From: Deltaproteobacteria bacterium
GTDB lineage: Bacteria; Desulfobacterota; Binatia; DP-6
NCBI GenBank assembly: GCA_005879205.1
Contig: VBLD01000118.1
Coordinates: forward strand, 4,218 to 61,090
DNA length: 56,873 nt
Direction: 5' to 3'
Shown piece after piece: positions 28,225 through 36,346 of this stretch. The notes under the pieces were generated by a model. That model was not told the DNA's origin, ran no database searches, and saw nothing but the letters and a program-made list of their open reading frames with translations. Position numbers and translations under genes: made by a program. The stretch's first letter is position 1, and the number at the start of each line of letters is the position of its first letter.

Positions 28225-28399
28225 CGTTCCCTCCCCGTGTGACCGCTTCTCCCCGCGAGTAGCGGCATGGAGGCTCCGGTTTTGCAATCCCTTGCCGGGC
28301 AGCTTCTCAGGCGCCGCGCAGGAGCGCGAGCAGGACGATCAGCGTCACCATCGCCCGCCGCTTGACGGCGTGGCGGCGCGTCGAGTAGCCGTACGCGCC

Positions 28400-29080
28400 A
28401 TGCGGGGTTCGCTCGGCTTCGTCGCGGTCGTCGCCTTCGTCCTCGGTCCCGCGCTCGCCTGGCTGCATATCGTCCCGCCGCTCGCCGGCTTCGTCGTCTT
28501 CGCGCTGGGCGGCCTGTTGGCGCTCGTCGCGGCGCTCGCGGGCATCGTGCAGGCGGTTCGCGGCCGCGGCTTCGCGCCGGGCGCCGCCGCGGCGCTCGCG
28601 GTCGCCGCCGTCTTCGTGTTCGCGGCCTCGCGCGGCGCGGGCGTGCCGCGCATCAACGACTACACGACCGACGTCTCCGATCCGCCCGTCTTCACCCACG
28701 CCGCGACGCTGCCCGCGAACGCGGGACGCGATCTCGGCTACCCGCCCGCCTTCGTCGCCGAGCAGCGCCAGTGCTGTGCCGATCTGGCTCCGATGAGGCT
28801 CGCCATCGCGCCGTCCGACGCGTTCGTACGTGCCCGCGGCGTCGCCGAGCACATGCCGTCCTGGACGGTGACGAGCGCCGATCCGCAGGCGGGCACGATC
28901 GAGGCGTTCGCGGAGAGCGCCCTCTTCCACTTCAAGGACGACGTCGTGATCCGCGTCCGCCCCGACGGCGGCGGGAGCCGCATCGACATGCGCTCGAAGT
29001 CGCGCGACGGCAAGGGCGACTTCGGCGTCAATGCGGCGCGCATCCGCGCCTTCGCCGCCGCCCTCGGTGCGGCGAGGTGA
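28400..29080 (+). CDS. DUF1499-family membrane protein
   Basis: Three N-terminal TM helices, PRINDYTTD, FHFKDDVVIRV, RIDMRSKSRDGKGDFGVNAARI. Confidence 0.7.
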   Translation: MRGSLGFVAVVAFVLGPALAWLHIVPPLAGFVVFALGGLLALVAALAGIVQAVRGRGFAPGAAAALAVAAVFVFAASRGAGVPRINDYTTDVSDPPVFTHAATLPANAGRDLGYPPAFVAEQRQCCADLAPMRLAIAPSDAFVRARGVAEHMPSWTVTSADPQAGTIEAFAESALFHFKDDVVIRVRPDGGGSRIDMRSKSRDGKGDFGVNAARIRAFAAALGAAR

Positions 29081-29113
29081 ACGGCCCACGCGTCCGGCGC
29101 TGAGGGCGCCGTC

Positions 29114-30436
29114 CTACCGCGAGCAGGTGCGGAATCCGGCGAAGACGTCGCGCCGGTCCGGGGTGTAGAAGTTCCGCCACGTGTTGCGCAGCAGGCGCCC
29201 CCGCGTCGCCCAGCAGCCGCCGCGCAGCACCTTGTGCGTGCCGAACCAGGGTGCGGAGTATTCCTCGTAGGGATCGAGGACGAAGCCGGGGTAGGGGAGG
29301 AAGTCGGTGGCGGTCCACTCCCAGACGTTCCCGAGCATCTGCCGGCAGCCGAACGCACTGTCGCCGGCCGGCAGCGCGGCGACGTCGACACAGCCGAGCG
29401 TGTGGGCGTCGAGATTCGCCCGCTCCGGCATCGGCTGCTGGTCGCCCCAGGGGTAGAGCCGCTTGTGAGCCGCGAGTGCCGTGCCGCCGGCGGTCGGCTC
29501 GCCGGCCGCGGCCGCCTCCCATTCCGCCTCCGTCGGGAGGCGCCGGCCGGCCCAGCGACAGTACGCGTCGGCCTCGTACCAGCCGACGAAGATGACGGGA
29601 TGATACGGCTCGAGCTCCAGCCAGCGGTCGAAGTGGCGGCGCTCCCAGCCGCCACCCACGGCGCGTCTCCAGTAGACGGGGTGTGCGGCCTCGACCGCCT
29701 CGCGCCACCTCCAGCCGGCCCCTGACCAGAGCTCGCGACGGCGGTAGCCGCCGTCCTCGACGAAGGTGGCGAATTCGGCATTGGTGACCGGCGCGCGTCC
29801 GATCGCGAACGGCACGATCTCGACCCGGTGCGCCCACTTCTCGTTGTCGAAGACGAAGGGCAGGTCGCGGCTCGCCCCGAGCGCGAAGGCGCCGCCGGGC
29901 ACGCGGGCGTCGCCCCGGAGCGCGCCGGCGGCGGCCGACGACACTGCGGCCGGGAGCGGCGGGGGTGGATAGGCCAGCGTCTGCCGGGTATAGGCGAACG
30001 CCTCGTCGTGCATGTCCTCGTGAAAGATCGTGAGGAGGTGGAAGTACCGTTCCGTGGGCGACGGCTCGCGCGCCGCGAGTCGCTCCCGGACGCGCGCCAG
30101 GACCGCCTCGAGGTAGCCCAGCGTCTCGGCCATGGACGGAAGCGGGAGGTCCCAGCGGGTGTCGTGCGCGACCCGGGCCGAGTCGTAGAGCCGGTCGCCG
30201 TCGGCCCGCAGCGACGCCTCGTCGCGCGCGTGTCGGAGCGCCCAGAACTCCTGGAACCAGCCGACGTGCCCGACCTCCCAGCGCAACGGGTTGACGATCG
30301 ACAGGCGTGGGCCCATGAGCTGCTCGGCGTCGAGACCGTCGACGAGCGCGATCGTGTGCGCGCGCGCGTCGCGGTGCCACGCGACGAGCCGCCCGCCGTG
30401 GCCGCCCTCCCCGTGCACCACGCCTCGGAGTAGCAT
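29114..30436 (-). CDS. senA: EgtB/SenA-family synthase (DinB-like + FGE-sulfatase domains)
   Basis: LRWEVGHVGWFQEFW and FHEDMHDEAF (DinB-type metal site). PVTNAEFATFV, VGWYEADAYCRWAGRRLPTEAEWE, GNVWEWT, LRGGCWAT (FGE-sulfatase fold). The symbol rests on pairing with the adjacent senB-like gene, not on sequence discrimination from egtB. Confidence 0.65.
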   Translation of the reverse strand: MLLRGVVHGEGGHGGRLVAWHRDARAHTIALVDGLDAEQLMGPRLSIVNPLRWEVGHVGWFQEFWALRHARDEASLRADGDRLYDSARVAHDTRWDLPLPSMAETLGYLEAVLARVRERLAAREPSPTERYFHLLTIFHEDMHDEAFAYTRQTLAYPPPPLPAAVSSAAAGALRGDARVPGGAFALGASRDLPFVFDNEKWAHRVEIVPFAIGRAPVTNAEFATFVEDGGYRRRELWSGAGWRWREAVEAAHPVYWRRAVGGGWERRHFDRWLELEPYHPVIFVGWYEADAYCRWAGRRLPTEAEWEAAAAGEPTAGGTALAAHKRLYPWGDQQPMPERANLDAHTLGCVDVAALPAGDSAFGCRQMLGNVWEWTATDFLPYPGFVLDPYEEYSAPWFGTHKVLRGGCWATRGRLLRNTWRNFYTPDRRDVFAGFRTCSR

Positions 30437-30464
30437 ACTGATACCGCTTCGCCAGAGGGGCGGA

Positions 30465-31454
30465 ATGCGGATTCTCATCCTGTGTCCCGCGCGTGCCGGC
30501 ACGCGGCACGGCAACCGCGTGACGGCGCTCCGCTGGGCGCGCATCCTGCGGGGCCTCGGACACCGGGTGGCGCTGCAGGAGGCGTTCCGGGACGACCGCC
30601 CCGATCTGCTGATCGCCCTGCACGCACGGAAGAATGCCGCCCCGGTACTTCGCTTCCGGGCGCGTGCCCCGGAGGCGCCGCTGGTCGTCGCCTTGACGGG
30701 TACCGACGTCTACCGTGACATCGGCCGGAGCCGCGCCGCGAGACGCGCGCTCCAGGCGGCGACACGACTCGTCACGCTTCAGCCGCTCGCGCTCCGCGAG
30801 CTCCCGCGCGCCCTCCGCGCGAAGGCGCGCGTGATCCATCAGTCGGCGCTCCCGGTGCGCCCCGGGCGACGTCCGGCGCGCTCCTTCGACGTCTGCGTCC
30901 CGGGTCACTTGCGAAGCGAGAAGGACCCCTTCCGAACGGCGCAGGCGGTCCGCGGTCTGCCGGCCGACTCCCGCATCCGCGTCCTCCAGGTGGGAAGCGC
31001 GATGACGCCGGCCATGCGCCGCCGAGCGTGCGACGAGATGACGCGGAACCCGCGTTACCGCTGGCTCGGCGACCGGCCGCATCGGGAGGCGCGCGCGATT
31101 CTCGCCCGCAGCCGCCTCATGGTCCTGTCGTCGCGGATCGAGGGCGGGGCCAACGTGATCTCGGAGGCGCTCGCCAGCGCGGTTCCCGTGCTGGCAAGCC
31201 GCATCCCGGGCTCCGTCGGCTTGCTCGGCCCGGACTACCCGGGCTACTTCCCGGTCGGCGCCACGCGCGTCCTTGCCCGCCTCCTCGGGCGCGCGGAACG
31301 GGACTCCGCGTTCTACGCGCGGCTCGCGCGGGCGTGCCGGCGTCGTGCGCCCCTGGTGGCGCCCCGGGCGGAGCGGCGCGCCTGGGCGAGGCTGCTCGTC
31401 GAGCTCGAACGCGTGCGTGACGCGCGGAACCCGGGTCAGCGGCTCTTTGCCTGA
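30465..31454 (+). CDS. senB: GT-B glycosyltransferase resembling selenosugar synthase SenB
   Basis: MRILILCPARAGTRHGNRVTALRWARILRGLGHRV N-terminus. C-terminal GT1-type block MVLSSRIEGGANVISEALASAVPVLASRIPG. Divergent from the EgtB-like gene, 28 nt apart. Confidence 0.55.
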   Translation: MRILILCPARAGTRHGNRVTALRWARILRGLGHRVALQEAFRDDRPDLLIALHARKNAAPVLRFRARAPEAPLVVALTGTDVYRDIGRSRAARRALQAATRLVTLQPLALRELPRALRAKARVIHQSALPVRPGRRPARSFDVCVPGHLRSEKDPFRTAQAVRGLPADSRIRVLQVGSAMTPAMRRRACDEMTRNPRYRWLGDRPHREARAILARSRLMVLSSRIEGGANVISEALASAVPVLASRIPGSVGLLGPDYPGYFPVGATRVLARLLGRAERDSAFYARLARACRRRAPLVAPRAERRAWARLLVELERVRDARNPGQRLFA

Positions 31455-32635
31455 CGGATGTAGCGCTGCAGATCCTCGCGGTCGATGAGCGAGAGGATCT
31501 CGACCCGCCCGCCGTCGAGCGGGCGGTAGATCAGGCGCACGTCGGTGGCCACCCGGATGCGGTAGTGGTCGGGGAGCCCTTCGAGCGGGATGGCGCGCAG
31601 GCTCGGGTGCCGCCAGTCCTCCGCCAGGCGGTAGATCTTCTCGAAGGCGTTGCGCACGATCTTGCGGTCCCAGCGACGGATGGACTCGTAGAATTCGTCC
31701 GTGAAGAGGGGGAGGCTCCATCCCGCCCCGCTCGACGCCGGACGTTCCTCTGCGCTCTCCGCGGGGCGCGCCGTACGCTCCGCCTCGGCCGCGCGCAGGC
31801 GGGCGGCCAGCATGGCTTCCGCCTCGCGCGCCTCCTCGAGCTCGGCGTCGAGGGCGCGGGCCCGCCGCTTCGTCGCCTCGAGCTCCTCGCCGAGGCGCGT
31901 GACCTCCCCGGCGGTGCCGGACTGAAGACGTGCCCGCAAGCCCTCGCGCTCCTCGCGGAGACGGTCGCCCTCGGTCTCGAGCCGCGTGCGTTCCTCTTCC
32001 GACTGCCTGAGATCGCGACGCGCGCTGGCCACGCTGCGCTCGAGCTCGACCAGCCGCTCCTTGAGCCCGCCGAGGCGCTTCAGCGTACGGTCGCGGGCGC
32101 GTTGCGCGCGGGCGGCCTGCTTGGCCGCATCGCTCGCGAGCTTCGTCTCGGGAGGAGGGGAGTCGGCGGGCGGCTCCGCCGGCTGACCCTCCTCCGGCTC
32201 ACGCGCGTGCGCATCCGCCTCGTCGAACTCGGCGATGATCGTCTTGACGAGCGCCGACGCCAGCTCCCCCGCGCCCTCGACGGCCGAGCCGAGCAGCGCC
32301 CAGGCGAGGTCGCGGGCCGGGTCGCGGGACTCGAGCACGAGATCGGCCACCGCCCGGCCGCCGCCCTCGCTCGCCACGGCGGCGGCGAGCGGCGACGCAC
32401 CGATGTCCTTCCGGAGCGTGCGGTCCACCGCTGCCGCGACCTCGGGATCGTTCTCGTAGTAGTCGACGAGGCTCCAGGCGAGGTCCCAGGTGCCGAGACG
32501 ATCGACACGCGTGCCCGGCGGCGCGGTGCCGAGTCGGCCGACGAGCTTCGCGAGACTCTTCTCGGAGAGCGTGACCACGAGGAACGTGCTGCGCTCGTCG
32601 GGCGTCAGCGGCGAGAGGAGAGCCACGCGCGCCAT
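31436..32635 (-). CDS. Hypothetical fusion protein: unknown N-domain + long coiled coil + C-terminal RelE/ParE-fold domain
   Basis: 399 aa. Residues ~190-290 are heptad-like and E/R/L/A-rich. The last ~90 aa (FTDEFYESIRRWDRKIVRNAFEKIYRLAEDWRHPSLRAIPLEGLPDHYRIRVATDVRLIYRPLDGGRVEILSLIDREDLQRYI) follow the RelE/ParE toxin pattern. Confidence 0.6.
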   Translation of the reverse strand: MARVALLSPLTPDERSTFLVVTLSEKSLAKLVGRLGTAPPGTRVDRLGTWDLAWSLVDYYENDPEVAAAVDRTLRKDIGASPLAAAVASEGGGRAVADLVLESRDPARDLAWALLGSAVEGAGELASALVKTIIAEFDEADAHAREPEEGQPAEPPADSPPPETKLASDAAKQAARAQRARDRTLKRLGGLKERLVELERSVASARRDLRQSEEERTRLETEGDRLREEREGLRARLQSGTAGEVTRLGEELEATKRRARALDAELEEAREAEAMLAARLRAAEAERTARPAESAEERPASSGAGWSLPLFTDEFYESIRRWDRKIVRNAFEKIYRLAEDWRHPSLRAIPLEGLPDHYRIRVATDVRLIYRPLDGGRVEILSLIDREDLQRYIRQAKSR

Positions 32636-32736
32636 TCTACCCGAGTAGCGTCGCGTGGCGACCGGAACGGGCGGTCAAAAACCGCCCGGCAGTTTGCCGG
32701 CTCCGATCGCGCGCGATACATTCGGCCGGGCCTCCG

Positions 32737-34737
32737 ATGGAGACCTACACGCTCCGTCCGCGGCCGGACGCTCGCCCCGAGCCGCGCTATCGCATCGACT
32801 ACGAGGGCGAGCTGAACCCGGCGCAGTACGCGGCGGCGACGACGCTCGAGGGTCCGGTGCTGGTCGTCGCCGGCGCCGGCAGCGGCAAGACGCGCACGCT
32901 CGTCTACCGGGTCGCCCGGCTCGTCGAATCGGGGGTGAACCCGGCTCAGATACTGCTCCTCACCTTCACCCGCAAGGCGGCGGAAGAGATGCTCCGGCGC
33001 GCGTCGATGCTGGTCGGCGGCAGCTGCGAGCAGGTGGCGGGCGGGACCTTCCACTCGTTCGCCAACACGGTGCTGCGGCGCGCGGCGCGGCGGCTCGGAC
33101 TGAAGCCCGGCTTCACCATCCTCGACCGCAGCGATTCCGAGGACGTGGTGAACCTGCTGCGCAGCCGGGCGGGTCTCGACCGGAAAGACCGGCGCTTCCC
33201 TCGCAAGGGCGCCATCGTCGAGATCTTCAGCATGGCCGTGAACCGGAGCACCACCGTCCCGGCGCTCCTCGAGGACGGCTATTCCCACCTCTACGAGCAC
33301 CTCGACGACCTCGTGCGCCTGGAGGAGGGGTACCGGCGCTACAAGCGCGAGCAGGACCTCGTCGACTACGACGACCTCCTCGTGCTGCTACGCGACCTCC
33401 TGCGCGATCACCCCGAGGCGGCCGCGCACCTCTCGCGCTCCCATCGCTACGTCATGGTCGACGAGTACCAGGACACCAACCGCCTCCAGGCCGAGATCGT
33501 CCGCGGCCTGGCCGTGGCGCACCGGAACGTCATGGCGGTCGGTGACGACAGCCAGAGCATCTACTCGTTCCGCGGCGCCACCTTCCGCAACATCATGGAG
33601 TTCCCGGACCTCTTCCCCGGCACGCGGATCATCAAGCTCGAGGAGAACTATCGGTCCACCCAGCCGATCCTCGACCTCGCCAACGCCGTCATCGAGCGCG
33701 CCGCCGACAAGCACACCAAGATCCTGCACGCACATCGGGGTCCAGGCGGTCCGCCGTCACTGGTCCAGTGCTCCGACGAGCAGGCGCAATCGCGCTTCGT
33801 CTGCCAGCGCATCCTCGAGCTGCGCGAGGAAGGCGTTTCGCTCGACGAGATCGCGGTCCTGTTCCGGTCGAGCTTCCACTCCTTCGACCTCGAGCTCGAG
33901 CTCCAGCGTGCGGACCTGCCGTTCGTCAAGCGCGGCGGCTTCAAGTTCATCGAGACGGCGCACGTGAAGGACGCGCTGGCCCATCTGCGGATCGTCGCCA
34001 ACCCGCGCGACGCCGTCTCCTGGCACCGCGTGCTCCTGCTGCTCGACGGGGTCGGCCCGAAGACCGCGGACGACATCTTCGCGCACGTCGTCGATGCGCC
34101 GACGATCGAGGCGGTGAGCGAGCGCCTGGCGGCCTATCCACGCCGCGGCGCCTACGCCAAGGACCTCGGACGGCTGGCGGCGCTGCTCGCCGAGATCGCC
34201 CCGGACGAGATGCTGCCGGGCGAGAAGGTGGCGCGCGTCGTCGGCTTCTACACGCCGATGCTCCGGCAGATCCATCGCGATGACTTCCCGAAGCGGGAGA
34301 AGGACCTCGAGCACTTCATCACCATTGCGGGCCGCTACCGGAGCCTCGCCTCGCTGCTCGCCGACATGGCGCTCGAGCCGCCGACCGACAGTGTGGGCGA
34401 CGTGCTCGCCGCCCGCGTGGAGGAAGGCCTCCTGACGCTGTCGACGATCCACTCGGCCAAGGGTCTCGAGTGGCACACCGTGTTCGTCATCTGGCTGGTC
34501 GACGGCCGCTTCCCCTCCTACCTGAACCTGCACGATGGTGACGAGGTGGAGGAGGAGCGCCGGCTGCTCTACGTCGCTGTGACGCGGGCCAAAGACAACC
34601 TCTACCTCTCGTACCCGATCGACATCTACGACCGGGCGGCGGGCATGGTCCTCGGCCAGCCGTCGCGCTTCGTGCAGGATCTCCCGGAGGCGATTCTGCC
34701 GGGGATGCAGGTCATCGAGTCCGGAGGCTTCCGCTAG
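32737..34737 (+). CDS. uvrD: UvrD/PcrA/Rep-family ATP-dependent DNA helicase
   Basis: LNPAQYAAA, VVAGAGSGKTRTLVYRV (Walker A), LLLTFTRKAA, VMVDEYQDTN, VGDDSQSIYSFRGA, TIHSAKGLEW, RLLYVAVTRAK. Confidence 0.9.
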   Translation: METYTLRPRPDARPEPRYRIDYEGELNPAQYAAATTLEGPVLVVAGAGSGKTRTLVYRVARLVESGVNPAQILLLTFTRKAAEEMLRRASMLVGGSCEQVAGGTFHSFANTVLRRAARRLGLKPGFTILDRSDSEDVVNLLRSRAGLDRKDRRFPRKGAIVEIFSMAVNRSTTVPALLEDGYSHLYEHLDDLVRLEEGYRRYKREQDLVDYDDLLVLLRDLLRDHPEAAAHLSRSHRYVMVDEYQDTNRLQAEIVRGLAVAHRNVMAVGDDSQSIYSFRGATFRNIMEFPDLFPGTRIIKLEENYRSTQPILDLANAVIERAADKHTKILHAHRGPGGPPSLVQCSDEQAQSRFVCQRILELREEGVSLDEIAVLFRSSFHSFDLELELQRADLPFVKRGGFKFIETAHVKDALAHLRIVANPRDAVSWHRVLLLLDGVGPKTADDIFAHVVDAPTIEAVSERLAAYPRRGAYAKDLGRLAALLAEIAPDEMLPGEKVARVVGFYTPMLRQIHRDDFPKREKDLEHFITIAGRYRSLASLLADMALEPPTDSVGDVLAARVEEGLLTLSTIHSAKGLEWHTVFVIWLVDGRFPSYLNLHDGDEVEEERRLLYVAVTRAKDNLYLSYPIDIYDRAAGMVLGQPSRFVQDLPEAILPGMQVIESGGFR

Positions 34738-34739
34738 GC

Positions 34740-34928
34740 ATGGCCGGCTCTCCTTCTCTCGGCGAACGGCTGGCGGCCGCCGGTTTGGATCTGCCGGCCG
34801 AGCTCGTGCCGGTCATCGAGCAGCGCCTGGCGCCGGTCCTGGCCTCGCTCGATGCGCTCGTGGGGCTCGACCTCGGCGATGCCGAGCCCTTCGTTCCCGC
34901 GCGCCTCGCGGACGACGCCGCCGAATGA
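34740..34928 (+). CDS. GatC/AtzG-like small amidase subunit
   Basis: 62 aa, acidic. ...LDALVGLDLGDAEPFVPARL resembles the GatC core. Its stop overlaps the amidase ATG (ATGA). Confidence 0.5.
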   Translation: MAGSPSLGERLAAAGLDLPAELVPVIEQRLAPVLASLDALVGLDLGDAEPFVPARLADDAAE

Positions 34929-36346
34929 GCGCCGCGCTCACCGACCTCGGCGTGGCGGAGCTCCGCCGGTTGCTCCGCGCGCGCGAAACCACGGCCGCGG
35001 CCGTCGCGGAGGCGCACCTCGCGCGTCTCGAGGCGCTCGACGGCGACGCGCACGCGTTCGTCGCGGTCATCCGCGACGAGGCGCTCGTGGCCGCGGCGGC
35101 CGCAGACCGCGCCCTCGGCCGTGGGACGGCGGGGCCCCTCGCGGGCGTTCCCGTCGCGGTGAAAGATCTGTTCGCCGTGCGCGGTCTGGTGCGCGGGAAC
35201 GGCAGCCCGGCCTTCGCAGGCGATCCGCCCGCCACCGCCGATGCGACCGTCGTCGCGAGGCTGAGAGAGGCCGGGGCGGTCGTGCTCGGCACCACCCACA
35301 TGCACGAGCTGGCCTTCGGTCCGACCGGGGTGAACGCGGCGCTCGGGACGCCGCGCAACCCGTGGGCGGCGGACCGCGTTCCCGGCGGATCGAGCAGCGG
35401 CTCCGGCGCGGCCGTCGCCGCCCGCCTCGTGCCCGCCACGCTCGGGACCGACACGGGCGGGTCGGTGCGCATCCCGGCGAGCTTCTGTGGCGTGACCGGC
35501 CTCAAGCCGACCTACGGCCGGGTGAGCCGCGCCGGGGTCACGCCGCTCGCTCCGACGCTCGACCACGTGGGACCGCTCGCCCGCAGCGTGGAAGACGTGG
35601 CGCTGGTGCTCCAGGCGATCGCCGGCCACGATCCGGCCGACGGCTCGAGCGCGCGCCTGCCGGTCCCCGATTATGCCGCGCGTCTCGATCGTCCGCTTCG
35701 CGGCCTGCGCCTCGGCATCCCGCGTGCCTTCGCCTTCGAGCTGATCGAGCCCGAGGTCGCCGCCGTGTTCGAGACGGCGCTCGTCGATCTCCGCGAGGCG
35801 GGTGCCGCCACCACCGACGTCGTGTTGCCGTCCCTGGCGCACGCGAACGCGGCGCTCGGGGCGACCATCCTGGCGGAGGCGGAGCGGGCGCTCGGATCGT
35901 TGCTGGGGTCGCGTCGGGCGCACACGGGCCTCGAGCTCCGCGTCTACCTGGCGCTCGGGAAGATGGTCGAGCAGGACCACTACCTCGCCGCGCAGCGCCT
36001 GCGGACCCGTCTCTACGAGGAAGCGCGCGCCGCCTTCGCACGCGTCGACCTGCTCGTGCTGCCGACCACCCCCGTCGTCGCGCCGCGCCCGGACGAGCTC
36101 CTCGTGCGGCTCGGCCGCCAGGAGCTCGACACCGCGCAGGCGATCACGCGTCTCACCGCGCCATTCAACCTGGTCGGGCTTCCGGCGCTCGCGCTCCCCT
36201 GCGGGCTCACGTCAGCGCGCATGCCCGTCAGCCTCCAGGTGGTGGGGCCGCCGTTCGCCGAGGACCGGGTACTCGCGGCGGGGCACGCCTACCAGCGCGC
36301 GACGCGCTGGCACGAGCGCCGTGCGCCGTTCCCGGAACCCGGCTAA
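34925..36346 (+). CDS. Amidase-signature (AS) family amidase
   Basis: GVPVAVKDLF (catalytic Lys), NPWAADRVPGGSSSGSGAAVA, GTDTGGSVRIPASFCGVTGLKPTYG. Confidence 0.85.
   Translation: MSAALTDLGVAELRRLLRARETTAAAVAEAHLARLEALDGDAHAFVAVIRDEALVAAAAADRALGRGTAGPLAGVPVAVKDLFAVRGLVRGNGSPAFAGDPPATADATVVARLREAGAVVLGTTHMHELAFGPTGVNAALGTPRNPWAADRVPGGSSSGSGAAVAARLVPATLGTDTGGSVRIPASFCGVTGLKPTYGRVSRAGVTPLAPTLDHVGPLARSVEDVALVLQAIAGHDPADGSSARLPVPDYAARLDRPLRGLRLGIPRAFAFELIEPEVAAVFETALVDLREAGAATTDVVLPSLAHANAALGATILAEAERALGSLLGSRRAHTGLELRVYLALGKMVEQDHYLAAQRLRTRLYEEARAAFARVDLLVLPTTPVVAPRPDELLVRLGRQELDTAQAITRLTAPFNLVGLPALALPCGLTSARMPVSLQVVGPPFAEDRVLAAGHAYQRATRWHERRAPFPEPG

Noticed and set aside
28281-28297. Sigma54-like sequence CGGCAAGGGATTGCAAA on the minus strand upstream of the hemerythrin gene.
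   Set aside because: The GG-to-GC spacing is one nucleotide short of the -24/-12 consensus, and the -24 element is CGGCAA rather than TGGCAC.
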